From an uncultured Acidobacteriota bacterium (GTDB taxonomy: Bacteria > Acidobacteriota > UBA6911), in NCBI GenBank assembly GCA_963843575.1, contig CAWJKZ010000020.1, forward strand, positions 1 through 64,000: 64,000 bases of DNA, read 5' to 3'. Shown one piece after another: positions 39,939 to 48,508 of the stretch. A program made the position numbers and the translations under genes. The notes beneath the pieces were generated by a model. That model searched no databases and had not been told where the DNA came from. It was given only the letters and a program-made list of their open reading frames with translations. Every line of letters starts with the position of its first letter. Positions within the stretch are counted from its first letter, which is position 1.

Positions 39939-41441
39939 TCAACATGAGACCGCTTCCACGGAAAGTTGCTGAGCATCGACTTTTGTCTTGGGCAGCTCGG
40001 AGAGGCGCTTCATGGCTTTGTTCAGCGAAACCTCAATCGGCATCGCATAGAAATCGTGGTCGAGCCGCCATCGGGCAGGCAGGCTGATCGCCTTGTGGAT
40101 CAGCCGCATCGCCCTTCCCCTCCGGTCGGCGGCGATCGGAACCCGGTCGAAGGCGATCCGCAGGTAATCCCTCATGACCTGCACCCTCCTGTGTTTCCGC
40201 CCGTTCAACCACGGGAGAACGGTGTAGCGGGGGAAATAGTCGGCCCACCCCTCGAAGGAATCCGGCAGGACGATGCCGAGCTCTGCGGCTCGCTGCACGA
40301 TCGGCGATCCCGGGTAAGGGGTGAAGATGTTGGTCCAGAACTCCGCTCCCGAAACGTGACGGCAGACATCCATGATGAATCTGATCGTCTCGCGGCGCTC
40401 CGGCTCGCCTTCCCCGGGAAACCCGAAAATGACATTGAACGAGGGACGAATGCCCGCCTTGACACACTTTTCGGCCACGGCGTAAATCGTTTCGGGTTTC
40501 TGGAAGTCTTTGTTCATCAATTTGAGGACCTTGCGAGATGCCGACTCCGCGCCGTGGCAGATCTGCGTGAGGCCGGCACGCCGCAGCAGCTTGAGTTGAT
40601 CCACCTCAAGGCGGTTCACCAGATTTGTCGAGGACTGAATGCTCCACTCGAATGGAACGTCCCGTCGGACCAAGCCCTCGGCGATGGCGAGCGCTCGCTC
40701 GCGGTCGACCAGGAAGTTGTCGTCGACGACCCACAGCAGCTGCAGCCGGTACCGCCGAACCAGGTCCGTCATTTCCTCGACGACCTGCCCGGACTCCAGG
40801 CCATTCCACACACGGCCGTAGACACCCTCATTCGTGCAATAGGAGCAGCTGTAGGGACAGGCCAGGCTGGATATGTACATGGCCCAGCGGCGGCCGCACA
40901 CTCTCTCGTAAGCATCGAAGTCGGCCAGGTGATACGCCTTGGGCGGCATTGCACTCAGGGGTTTCAGGGTCCTCGGCGCGTTGAAGACGAGCTTCCCATC
41001 TTCCTTGTAGCCCACGCCGGGGATTCCCTCCGGGGACTGCCCGGCCTCGATGGCTTGCACCAACTCCAGGAGCGCCTCTTCGCCTTGCCCCTGCACGACC
41101 ATGTCGACGTATTCCGCAGAGAGGGTCTGGTCCGGCAGCAAAGAGGGGTGCCACCCGCCGAGAATCACGGGAAGCCGGGGATAAAGGCGTTTGGCGTCTT
41201 TGGCGATCTGCACCGTTTCCCGGATCATCGGCCCTGTCACCAGCGAAACCGCCAGGCAGAGCGCGTCCTGCAACTCCGACAACACGCGCTTTTGAAACTG
41301 TGGCGTGATGGTGGAATCGACGATCCGAACGTCGTATTTCGCGCTCAGCAACGGAGTGGAAACCGCGAGAATGCCGAGAGGCGCGGTCGCCTCAAGACTC
41401 GAGAACGCCGGGAAGAAGAACACTACCTTTCTCGAGCGCAT
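39939..41441 (-). CDS. B12-binding radical SAM protein (1st in operon)
   Basis: APLGILAV, GGWHPS, GQGE, CPYSCSYC, VDDNF and GAESAS. Confidence 0.93.
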   Translation of the reverse strand: MRSRKVVFFFPAFSSLEATAPLGILAVSTPLLSAKYDVRIVDSTITPQFQKRVLSELQDALCLAVSLVTGPMIRETVQIAKDAKRLYPRLPVILGGWHPSLLPDQTLSAEYVDMVVQGQGEEALLELVQAIEAGQSPEGIPGVGYKEDGKLVFNAPRTLKPLSAMPPKAYHLADFDAYERVCGRRWAMYISSLACPYSCSYCTNEGVYGRVWNGLESGQVVEEMTDLVRRYRLQLLWVVDDNFLVDRERALAIAEGLVRRDVPFEWSIQSSTNLVNRLEVDQLKLLRRAGLTQICHGAESASRKVLKLMNKDFQKPETIYAVAEKCVKAGIRPSFNVIFGFPGEGEPERRETIRFIMDVCRHVSGAEFWTNIFTPYPGSPIVQRAAELGIVLPDSFEGWADYFPRYTVLPWLNGRKHRRVQVMRDYLRIAFDRVPIAADRRGRAMRLIHKAISLPARWRLDHDFYAMPIEVSLNKAMKRLSELPKTKVDAQQLSVEAVSC

Positions 41442-41661
41442 TCAGTCCTTCTCGATCAAATCCGGTAGCCTGATACCCGAGCTTAGCCTCGCCGGGGCGC
41501 GAGGCAGAGTTGCTGAAAATGTTAGCGAGCCCGGGCGGGGGGTGCAATGCCAATTCTTAAGACCAAGGCGGTGAAAAGATTCACCACCGCGCCGGTCTTG
41601 CGGGCGAGATGCGTCGCAGGTAAACTTCAGCCACCCTCCTTCATGCGCGCCAGAAGAGCCC
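41442..41661. promoter_or_regulatory. Divergent promoter region of the radical SAM / glycosylation locus
   Basis: 220-bp gap between two head-to-head operons. Individual promoter boxes were not assigned. Confidence 0.55.
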
Positions 41662-43269
41662 TTGGAAATTGCCAAACGACTTCGACGCTCCCGTGATTCG
41701 CTGACCCTGGATCACCTTGTCGTCGCCGCCGTCGTGTTCGGCGTACACGGCACCCTGATGTACCTGTATCCGATCATCTACGGCGGGGACACCGTCATAC
41801 GCCTCGTCGCCTTTCCCCAGATCCTGTACGGGCATCAGCTGCCGCTTCTTCAAGTCCTGATCTATTGCGCCCTCCGCTGTTTCTACGGGGCCAAAAGCAT
41901 CTTCATCCTGATGGCTGTGATTTCCGCCGCGTCGGCCGCAGGAATCTACATGCTCGCCCGCGAACTGACCCTGGATCGCCGCGCCGGCCGACTCGCCGCG
42001 CTTCTATACGCAAGCCACCCTTTCATCCTCTACTACTCGCGCGTGCCCTACCAGGAACCGCTCCTTTTCGCTGGAATGGTCTGGGGCTTCTACTTCCTTT
42101 TCCGGCCTCCGTCGGCGCGGGACCTTCTCTTCTCCAGCCTGCTCATTGGGCTCGCCTGTTTCTCGCGCTACGAGGGGTGGATCGCCGCCCTGATTGCGGC
42201 CGGTTTCTATTTCTGGAGGCGTTCCAGGGCGGAAGGCCGGTTCCGGCTCGAGCCGGCGATCAAGGCTCTCCTCTATTTCGGCTGGGCGCCCGCCCTGTGG
42301 GTCGGATGGAACGAGGGCCTGAGCCCTGCCGGCACTTTCGTGCTCGATCTCCAGGTAAGCTGGGGCAGGCTCTATCGATCGTACTTTGTCGCAAAATCGG
42401 CCCTGTGGTGGACCGAGTCCGCCGTCGTCCTGATGGCGATAATGGGTTTTGTCCATTCCTGGCGCAATGACGCCATGCGCAAGGATCCACGCCTGCATGC
42501 CCTGTCGGCACTGCTCCTGCTCCATTTGGGCGCACTGGTCTTTTCGGGGCACGGGATCGATCCGGATCCCGTGCGCATCGTGACCGAGCGTGAGGCGTTC
42601 GTGCCGATCGGATTGCTGGTGCTGTATGCCGGGATCGGAGGCCGGTTCCTGATCCAGGAACTAACGGACGTGAGCCCGCTTGGTCGTGCCTACCGCCTTG
42701 CTGTGGCATCGGCGCTGCTTGCGGTCTGCGTCGGTTACAGCCTGCACAGGGGACTCAACTGCATCGCGGCCGCAAACGCGGACGCCGAGTTGAAAACGGA
42801 CTACGAGGTCGCCCGGTTCCTCGCAGCCAGGGAGGGAGCCGGCCTGGTCCTCGCCGCCCCCCTCCCCGCCGACGCCATCCGGGGCTATCTGAGCAGCGCC
42901 GAAAAGTGGAGCGGCGTTAACGGGAAGAGAAACGCCGAACGATTGTTGAGCCAGGTGGAAACTACCCCGCTGGACTATCAGCGCATCGTCGCGTATTCCT
43001 GGATCGGCAAGAACAGGCTCTTCTCCGCAGATCGGATCCCCGGGTTTGACGGAACTGCAATCGACGAGTTTTTGAGCGCAAAACGGATCGATCACATTGT
43101 GCTTTTTTCCGATTTCGTTCCCGTCAAGCCTTACGAAAAAATCATCGTCGACCGCTGTGCCGCGCAGGCGCGGCCGGAGTTTCAGGCACACAACGGAAAC
43201 AAATCCGTGTCCGTGTACGCGGTGCGTCGTCAAAACCCGGAACCGCTTTCGAAGGGGAGGACGGATTGA
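41662..43269 (+). CDS. GT-C fold membrane glycosyltransferase (ArnT/PMT-like)
   Basis: About 11 TM, early-loop YGGD, HPFILYYSRVPYQEPL, GLACFSRYEGW, and a soluble C-terminal domain. Confidence 0.75.
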   Translation: MEIAKRLRRSRDSLTLDHLVVAAVVFGVHGTLMYLYPIIYGGDTVIRLVAFPQILYGHQLPLLQVLIYCALRCFYGAKSIFILMAVISAASAAGIYMLARELTLDRRAGRLAALLYASHPFILYYSRVPYQEPLLFAGMVWGFYFLFRPPSARDLLFSSLLIGLACFSRYEGWIAALIAAGFYFWRRSRAEGRFRLEPAIKALLYFGWAPALWVGWNEGLSPAGTFVLDLQVSWGRLYRSYFVAKSALWWTESAVVLMAIMGFVHSWRNDAMRKDPRLHALSALLLLHLGALVFSGHGIDPDPVRIVTEREAFVPIGLLVLYAGIGGRFLIQELTDVSPLGRAYRLAVASALLAVCVGYSLHRGLNCIAAANADAELKTDYEVARFLAAREGAGLVLAAPLPADAIRGYLSSAEKWSGVNGKRNAERLLSQVETTPLDYQRIVAYSWIGKNRLFSADRIPGFDGTAIDEFLSAKRIDHIVLFSDFVPVKPYEKIIVDRCAAQARPEFQAHNGNKSVSVYAVRRQNPEPLSKGRTD

Positions 43270-44261
43270 AGGCTGCACGAGACCCATTGGGCCGACGCGT
43301 GCGTCGGGATTTTGTCGCCGAGTACGCCCCCCTGGGAACCAGGTTCCGCTTCGAAACCAACAGCCCAGCAATTCTCGACGCCTGCGAGGCTGCGTTTGGG
43401 CGTTACGGTTCCCCCACGTCGATTCCCCATTCTCCCCGGTTTTCAGTGCGCCTCCTGGTGGATCCCGGATTCACCGAGAGCCCTCCCTGGCCCGCCGCGG
43501 TCGTTCGGGGGCAGGATGGCCTGCTTTACGTCTCGGTCGGAAGAGAAAACACGGCGGTGGCGGATCTCGGCCGGCGCCGCGCGATGGGCTTCGTGGCTCC
43601 GTCGATGGCCGCAGACACTTCGGTCCTGAGACGCACGTTCCTGGAGTGCCTCGTTTTCACGATGGCAACGCACGGCGCGGGCGCTACCCATACCTATGTG
43701 CACGCCTCGGCCGTCGCTTGCGGAGATATGGGATTGATCTTCACCGGGCCCCCGGAGGCGGGCAAGAGCACGATGGCTTACGCTCTGGCGCGCAGCGGAT
43801 TCAACATCGTGACCGACGACGTCCTCTACATCGCCGACGGGGGGGGCGGTCTCACGGCATGGGGCAAACCCTGGCGTCTGCGCTTCCTACCGGACTGCGT
43901 GCGCTTCTTCCCCGAACTGAACGGTGCCGGCCTCCTCTCCGCACAGGAACAGGGCGTGGCAGAAGTCGAGCTGGACACCCTGCTGCCCGGCCGGGCCCAG
44001 ACCCGTTGCCAACCACGGGGCCTGTTCTTCCTGGACCGGGCTTCATCTTCGACCACCTGTGAGGTTCTGGACCCGGAAGATGCGGTAGAACTCCTGATGC
44101 GCGACCTGATCTGCGACACGCCACAGACCATGGGACGGCACCGCCGGAACTGGGCCCGGTTGGCGAAGCAGGGAGCTTACAAACTCCACTACGGCGCGAA
44201 CCTGGATGCCGCGGTGGATCTCCTCAGGCGCTTCGTCCATGCGGACTACAGGGTCACATGA
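43266..44261 (+). CDS. HPr kinase-related P-loop kinase
   Basis: VHASAV, Walker A GPPEAGKST and VTDD. TTGA overlap with the upstream gene. Confidence 0.85.
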   Translation: MKAARDPLGRRVRRDFVAEYAPLGTRFRFETNSPAILDACEAAFGRYGSPTSIPHSPRFSVRLLVDPGFTESPPWPAAVVRGQDGLLYVSVGRENTAVADLGRRRAMGFVAPSMAADTSVLRRTFLECLVFTMATHGAGATHTYVHASAVACGDMGLIFTGPPEAGKSTMAYALARSGFNIVTDDVLYIADGGGGLTAWGKPWRLRFLPDCVRFFPELNGAGLLSAQEQGVAEVELDTLLPGRAQTRCQPRGLFFLDRASSSTTCEVLDPEDAVELLMRDLICDTPQTMGRHRRNWARLAKQGAYKLHYGANLDAAVDLLRRFVHADYRVT

Positions 44262-45445
44262 AGGAAACCCGGCATTCCAGCGTCGATGAGGTTCTGCTGC
44301 AGAGCCTGCGCACGCCGGCACGGCCCGATGCCCGACTCGACTTCCCGCAATGGGAACGACTCTGGCGGACATCGCGGGACCACTGCCTCTCCCCCTACCT
44401 GCACAGGCAGTGGACGGATTCCGGATTCATCGCCACCCTCCCGCCCGCAATCGCGGAGCGGTTCGCCAAGGCCAGGGCAGACAATGCAGAACGGAACTGC
44501 AGTCTGCTGCAGGTCCTCGACGAGCTTCGCACGGCGCTGGAGAGCGAGAACATCCCGGTCCTCATCTCCAAAGGTCTGCCGGTGGCACACACCTACTACG
44601 GGGACCTCGGCTTGCGGGTGCTTTACGACCTTGATCTGCTCATCAAGCCCCAGGACCGGGAGCGCGCTTTCGAGGTTGCCCAGGAACTGGGCTACGTCCC
44701 TTTTTTCGCGGGAGACCGGAGGCATCAACTCCTTTGGCGTCCGCGCGCCTATGCCTGGGACGCCGAGCACGTATTCGACCCGGATCGTCCCTGCCTGGTT
44801 GAGTTGCACACGCGCCCCTGGCAGCGCCGCTGGCACGGCTTCGGGTTGGAGTGCCAGCTGCAGCTCTGGGAAGGAGCACGAACCCGGGAGATCGCCGGCG
44901 TTGCGCTGCGGGTTCCCCGGGAAGAGAAGCTCCTGATACATCTCGCCGTCCATTACGCCTGCAACGTGATCGAGGCCGACGCGCGGCTCATGCACCTCTT
45001 GGACCTGTGCCTCCTGCTGCGCCAGAGCGCAACCGCCCTGGACTGGGGACTGATCCTGCACGAATCGGCGAGGAGCCGGGCGCAGCCCTTCTGCTTCGTT
45101 GCGCTGGATCTGGCCGCCCGGTTGGGCCAATGGGACTATCCGGACAGCGTGCGCAGCGTGCTGAACTCGGCGACCCCCCGCGCTGTCGCCGACTGGGTTG
45201 AGCGCCGGGGCGTGGAAGATGTTCTGGCGATGAATATCCACCGCCGGGAAAAGTCGCTGATCTACTTCCTGCACTGGAACATGGCGGCGGGAGTGACGGA
45301 AACGGCTTCCGTGTTGTTCGAGGCCGTGCGCTCACCGTGGCGCGAGGGACATGGGATCGGGCGCTGGAAATCTCTGGCGTCGAGGATGGTCCAGCGGTTC
45401 GACGAAATCGCGCGCGCCTCGCATGCGTCACGGGGTGCCCACTGA
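44258..45445 (+). CDS. Nucleotidyltransferase family protein (NTP_transf_5-like)
   Basis: SKGLPVAHTYYGDLGLRVLYDLDLLI, VELH and HLAVH. ATGA overlap. Confidence 0.85.
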   Translation: MKETRHSSVDEVLLQSLRTPARPDARLDFPQWERLWRTSRDHCLSPYLHRQWTDSGFIATLPPAIAERFAKARADNAERNCSLLQVLDELRTALESENIPVLISKGLPVAHTYYGDLGLRVLYDLDLLIKPQDRERAFEVAQELGYVPFFAGDRRHQLLWRPRAYAWDAEHVFDPDRPCLVELHTRPWQRRWHGFGLECQLQLWEGARTREIAGVALRVPREEKLLIHLAVHYACNVIEADARLMHLLDLCLLLRQSATALDWGLILHESARSRAQPFCFVALDLAARLGQWDYPDSVRSVLNSATPRAVADWVERRGVEDVLAMNIHRREKSLIYFLHWNMAAGVTETASVLFEAVRSPWREGHGIGRWKSLASRMVQRFDEIARASHASRGAH

Positions 45446-47229
45446 TGAGCTCTGCGTGGCTGCGCAGGTGTTGCGAGTTTCAACTGTTCGCCCTGGTGTT
45501 CGCTTTACCGTTCGAGTATTACATCGCCGGCCGCGAGCAATCGCTACTGACGAGTTTGAAGCTGCAGATCGTGGCGCTGCTGGCAACCTGGGCGTGCTTG
45601 AGGCTGGCCGAGTGGGCCGACCGCGGTGGCTCGCCAGCCCAGGCCCTTCGAGAACTATTCCCGGGCAGACTGGCGCTCCCGCTCGCGTTCTTCGTCCTGA
45701 TTGGTTTGCTCTCGGCGACGTTGGCGCCCGAATTCCGCGGCAATGCCCTCCGGTCCGGCATCAAGGCCGTGGCAGGCGCCTTGCTGGCTCTGGCCGTGGC
45801 CGATCTATGCCGCACCCCCCGGGCGCGTTGTTCTCCGATCCGTGGGGTCCTGCTCGCCCTCGCGCTGGCCGGCAGCTGCACGGCCCTCCTCGGACTTGGC
45901 GACCTCGCCGGGTTCCGGTTCTTCTCGCGCCTGGTGAATGTATTTCAGCCGAACAAGTACTTCCTCGGTGACCACCTGCGCTTTGTTTCGACGATGGAAT
46001 ACCCCAACACTGCCGGGAGCATCCTGCTCGTATCGATCTGCGCGACCCTGGCCCTGACCGTCTTCCCGAATCGGGTGGAAAATCATCCAGCATGGAAATA
46101 CGCGGCCTTGGTCATGCTGGGCACCCAGGGAGTCGCGCTGGCATTGACCTATTCGCGGGGAGCGTTGGGAGCCACCATCGTCGCGGTCGTGGTCGCAACG
46201 TGGTGCACGCGGAATCTGCCCTGGACCGGCCGGGGGAAGCTCGCCCTTGCCGGTTGTCTCGTGATCCTGCTGGGAGGAACAGCGTACCTGATTTCGGTCC
46301 GATACCAGTCCGCAGGCGACGTTTCACCCGCGGTGAAACGGATTGCGTACTACGGCCTCGAAGCCGGGAAGAGCATTGAGACGCTCGTCCCCGGCCAGTG
46401 CTATCGGCAAAGGATTGCGTTGCAGAACAAGTCGCCGAACGAGTGGCGATGCGGCGAGTACGGGATCGGCTATCGCTGGCATCGTGTCGACGGCAACCAG
46501 GGCTCCGCGCCCCAGGTGGGCGCCGAGTTTTCTCGCGACCTGCCTCCTGCAAGCACTGCGGAGGTGCCCGTCGCCTTGAACACCCCAGCCGACCCGGGTG
46601 AATACCTGCTGATCTGGTTTGTATTCCGCAATGCCGGGACACTCGAAGAACTCAAGGAATCCTATTCTCCGGCAATACTGTGTGTGATCGATCCCGCCCC
46701 GTCGGGAGCCGGCGCGCCGGCACCTTCCGAAACCGCCCGGCGTTACCTCGGCGCCATCAATGAAGAACGTCGAAGCCTGAACGGCACTCTCGTCCCCGGA
46801 CGCTGGGAACTCTGGTCCGCGGCATTGCGGATGTTCCGGGAGAGGCCGCTCCTCGGAATCGGGCCGGACAATTTTCGTCTCCTGAAGTGGAAGCACATGG
46901 AGGTGCCCAAAGGGGACGAGACGATTCTCGCAAACAGCATCTACCTGGAACTGCTGTCGGGCACAGGCATTCTTGGACTCGCATCGTTTCTCTGGCTCTT
47001 GTGGGCAGCGGGCCGCTGTGCGCTCGCCGAGATTCGCTCCGGCGGACCCTCGTCCGGTTTCGTGTCGGGTTACTTCGGGATCGCCTATCTCGCCGGATTG
47101 ATGTCGCACGGGTTTGTGGACTATTTCCTCAAGTTCACCCCGACCTTCCTGGTCTTCTGGCTTGTCTTGGGGTTGTTGTGCGCGCGCACCGGTGCGGCAA
47201 AAGAGGGTCATAGTGCGAATCGGCTTTGA
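45445..47229 (+). CDS. O-antigen ligase (WaaL/Wzy_C)-like membrane protein with inserted Ig-like domain
   Basis: YPNTAG, LTYSRGA, RWELWSAALRMFRERPLLGIG and YLELLSGTGILG, plus a beta-rich insert. TGATG coupling. Confidence 0.85.
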   Translation: MSSAWLRRCCEFQLFALVFALPFEYYIAGREQSLLTSLKLQIVALLATWACLRLAEWADRGGSPAQALRELFPGRLALPLAFFVLIGLLSATLAPEFRGNALRSGIKAVAGALLALAVADLCRTPRARCSPIRGVLLALALAGSCTALLGLGDLAGFRFFSRLVNVFQPNKYFLGDHLRFVSTMEYPNTAGSILLVSICATLALTVFPNRVENHPAWKYAALVMLGTQGVALALTYSRGALGATIVAVVVATWCTRNLPWTGRGKLALAGCLVILLGGTAYLISVRYQSAGDVSPAVKRIAYYGLEAGKSIETLVPGQCYRQRIALQNKSPNEWRCGEYGIGYRWHRVDGNQGSAPQVGAEFSRDLPPASTAEVPVALNTPADPGEYLLIWFVFRNAGTLEELKESYSPAILCVIDPAPSGAGAPAPSETARRYLGAINEERRSLNGTLVPGRWELWSAALRMFRERPLLGIGPDNFRLLKWKHMEVPKGDETILANSIYLELLSGTGILGLASFLWLLWAAGRCALAEIRSGGPSSGFVSGYFGIAYLAGLMSHGFVDYFLKFTPTFLVFWLVLGLLCARTGAAKEGHSANRL

Positions 47230-48367
47230 CGGCAGTTCGATCCGCCGCGGCGCTTCTGGTGTCGGACATTACGCCGCCTCTCTCCTGCACGCGCTGTGCC
47301 TGCAATATCCCCGGAGACAGATGCTATTCCTGTCGCACCTCGCATACTCGGGGCGCCCGCTCGCCAACCTCACCCCCACGCAAAAGCACTCGTTTCCGGT
47401 CAAGGAGATATGGATGCAGCTGTGGCTCCCGCACTTGCTGGCCCGGCACTCTCCCGACCTCTGTCACTTCACAAACAGCATAGCCCCGCTGCTTTTCCGC
47501 GGTGCGTACGTCGTTACACTCCACGATCTCAGCCTGGTGAAGCACCCGGAATGGCACCCGCCCTCCCGCAGGGCGTGGATGGCCAGGATCATCCGCCCGT
47601 CGATCGCGCGCGCGTCGGGAATTATCTGCGATTCCGAGGCGACCCGGAAGGACCTGCTCGAATGGCTGAGGGTGAGCGAATCGAAGGTCAGGGTAGTTCC
47701 CCTGGCCGCCAGAACGAGTGTCGCGCGCACGTGTTCCGAGGTCGAGAAGCAAACGGTCAGGCGCCGGTACGGCCTCCTCCGGCCATATTTCCTTTATGTG
47801 GGAAACATCGAGCCCAGGAAAAACCTGTGCCGGCTGCTGAAAGCGTTCCGTCTGGCAAATCCGCCGGGACTCGACCTGGTTCTCGCAGGCAGATTCGCCT
47901 GGCTGTGGCGCACGGTCCGGGATGAAGCGGACCATCCGCAGCACCGCGGCAAACTGCATTTCCTGGACTATGTGGCCGAGGAGGATCTTGCCGCCCTGTA
48001 TCAGTCGGCGGTTGCCTTCGTCTACCCCTCACTGATGGAAGGTTTCGGATTGCCTGTGCTCGAGGCCATGGCTTCGGGGGTCCCCGTGCTGGCATCGAAC
48101 GTCGAACCACTGGCGTCCCTTGTCGGCGAGGACGGGTGGCTGCTGCCGCCTGAAGACGTGGACGGATGGCGGCGTGCGGTATCAGAGGCCGCCGGGGACC
48201 GGGAAAAGCGCATGTACTTCGCGGCGGCAGGCAGAAGGAGGGCTGCTCAGTACTCCTGGGAGCGTGTCGCGCGAGAGACCATGTCCTGCTATGAGGACGC
48301 TCTCGCGTTGAAGTCCCCCGCGGGACGACCCGCCGTTCCGAGCACAACGGTGGGAAGGCCGCATTGA
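47213..48367 (+). CDS. GT4 glycosyltransferase (MtfB/WbpY-like)
   Basis: SGVGHY, TLHDL, VGNIEPRKNL and EGFGLPVLEAMA. Confidence 0.92.
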   Translation: MRIGFDGSSIRRGASGVGHYAASLLHALCLQYPRRQMLFLSHLAYSGRPLANLTPTQKHSFPVKEIWMQLWLPHLLARHSPDLCHFTNSIAPLLFRGAYVVTLHDLSLVKHPEWHPPSRRAWMARIIRPSIARASGIICDSEATRKDLLEWLRVSESKVRVVPLAARTSVARTCSEVEKQTVRRRYGLLRPYFLYVGNIEPRKNLCRLLKAFRLANPPGLDLVLAGRFAWLWRTVRDEADHPQHRGKLHFLDYVAEEDLAALYQSAVAFVYPSLMEGFGLPVLEAMASGVPVLASNVEPLASLVGEDGWLLPPEDVDGWRRAVSEAAGDREKRMYFAAAGRRRAAQYSWERVARETMSCYEDALALKSPAGRPAVPSTTVGRPH

Positions 48368-48508
48368 CGAGGACGGTAGCGGATACTAACATCCCTGTAG
48401 TCCGACTCCCTCCCTTTTTCCCACCGCGATCGGGTGACGACGACCAGCCCCAAGGCCCTCCCCGGTTGGTCTCTTTTCGCGTCGCAGGCAAAGAAAGCGC
48501 AGGAGGCT

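Noticed and set aside
32320-41441. Assigning the B12-rSAMs as hpnP/hpnJ, bchE, or tetraether-lipid ring/methylation enzymes
   Set aside because: No shc/hpn, bch or lipid-synthesis genes are in the window, and the shared motifs are family-wide. This remains possible but is unsupported without phylogeny.
41442-41661. Cobalamin or SAM riboswitch upstream of the B12-rSAM operon
   Set aside because: No B12-box, GGGAA/GCCACTG or SAM-I core was recognised, only a short GGTGAA/TTCACC hairpin.
41442-41675. 77-aa ORF ending directly before the first B12-rSAM start, considered as a RiPP precursor
   Set aside because: It fills the divergent promoter gap and overlaps the GT-C start. It has no leader/core pattern or clear RBS, and no RRE is in the locus.
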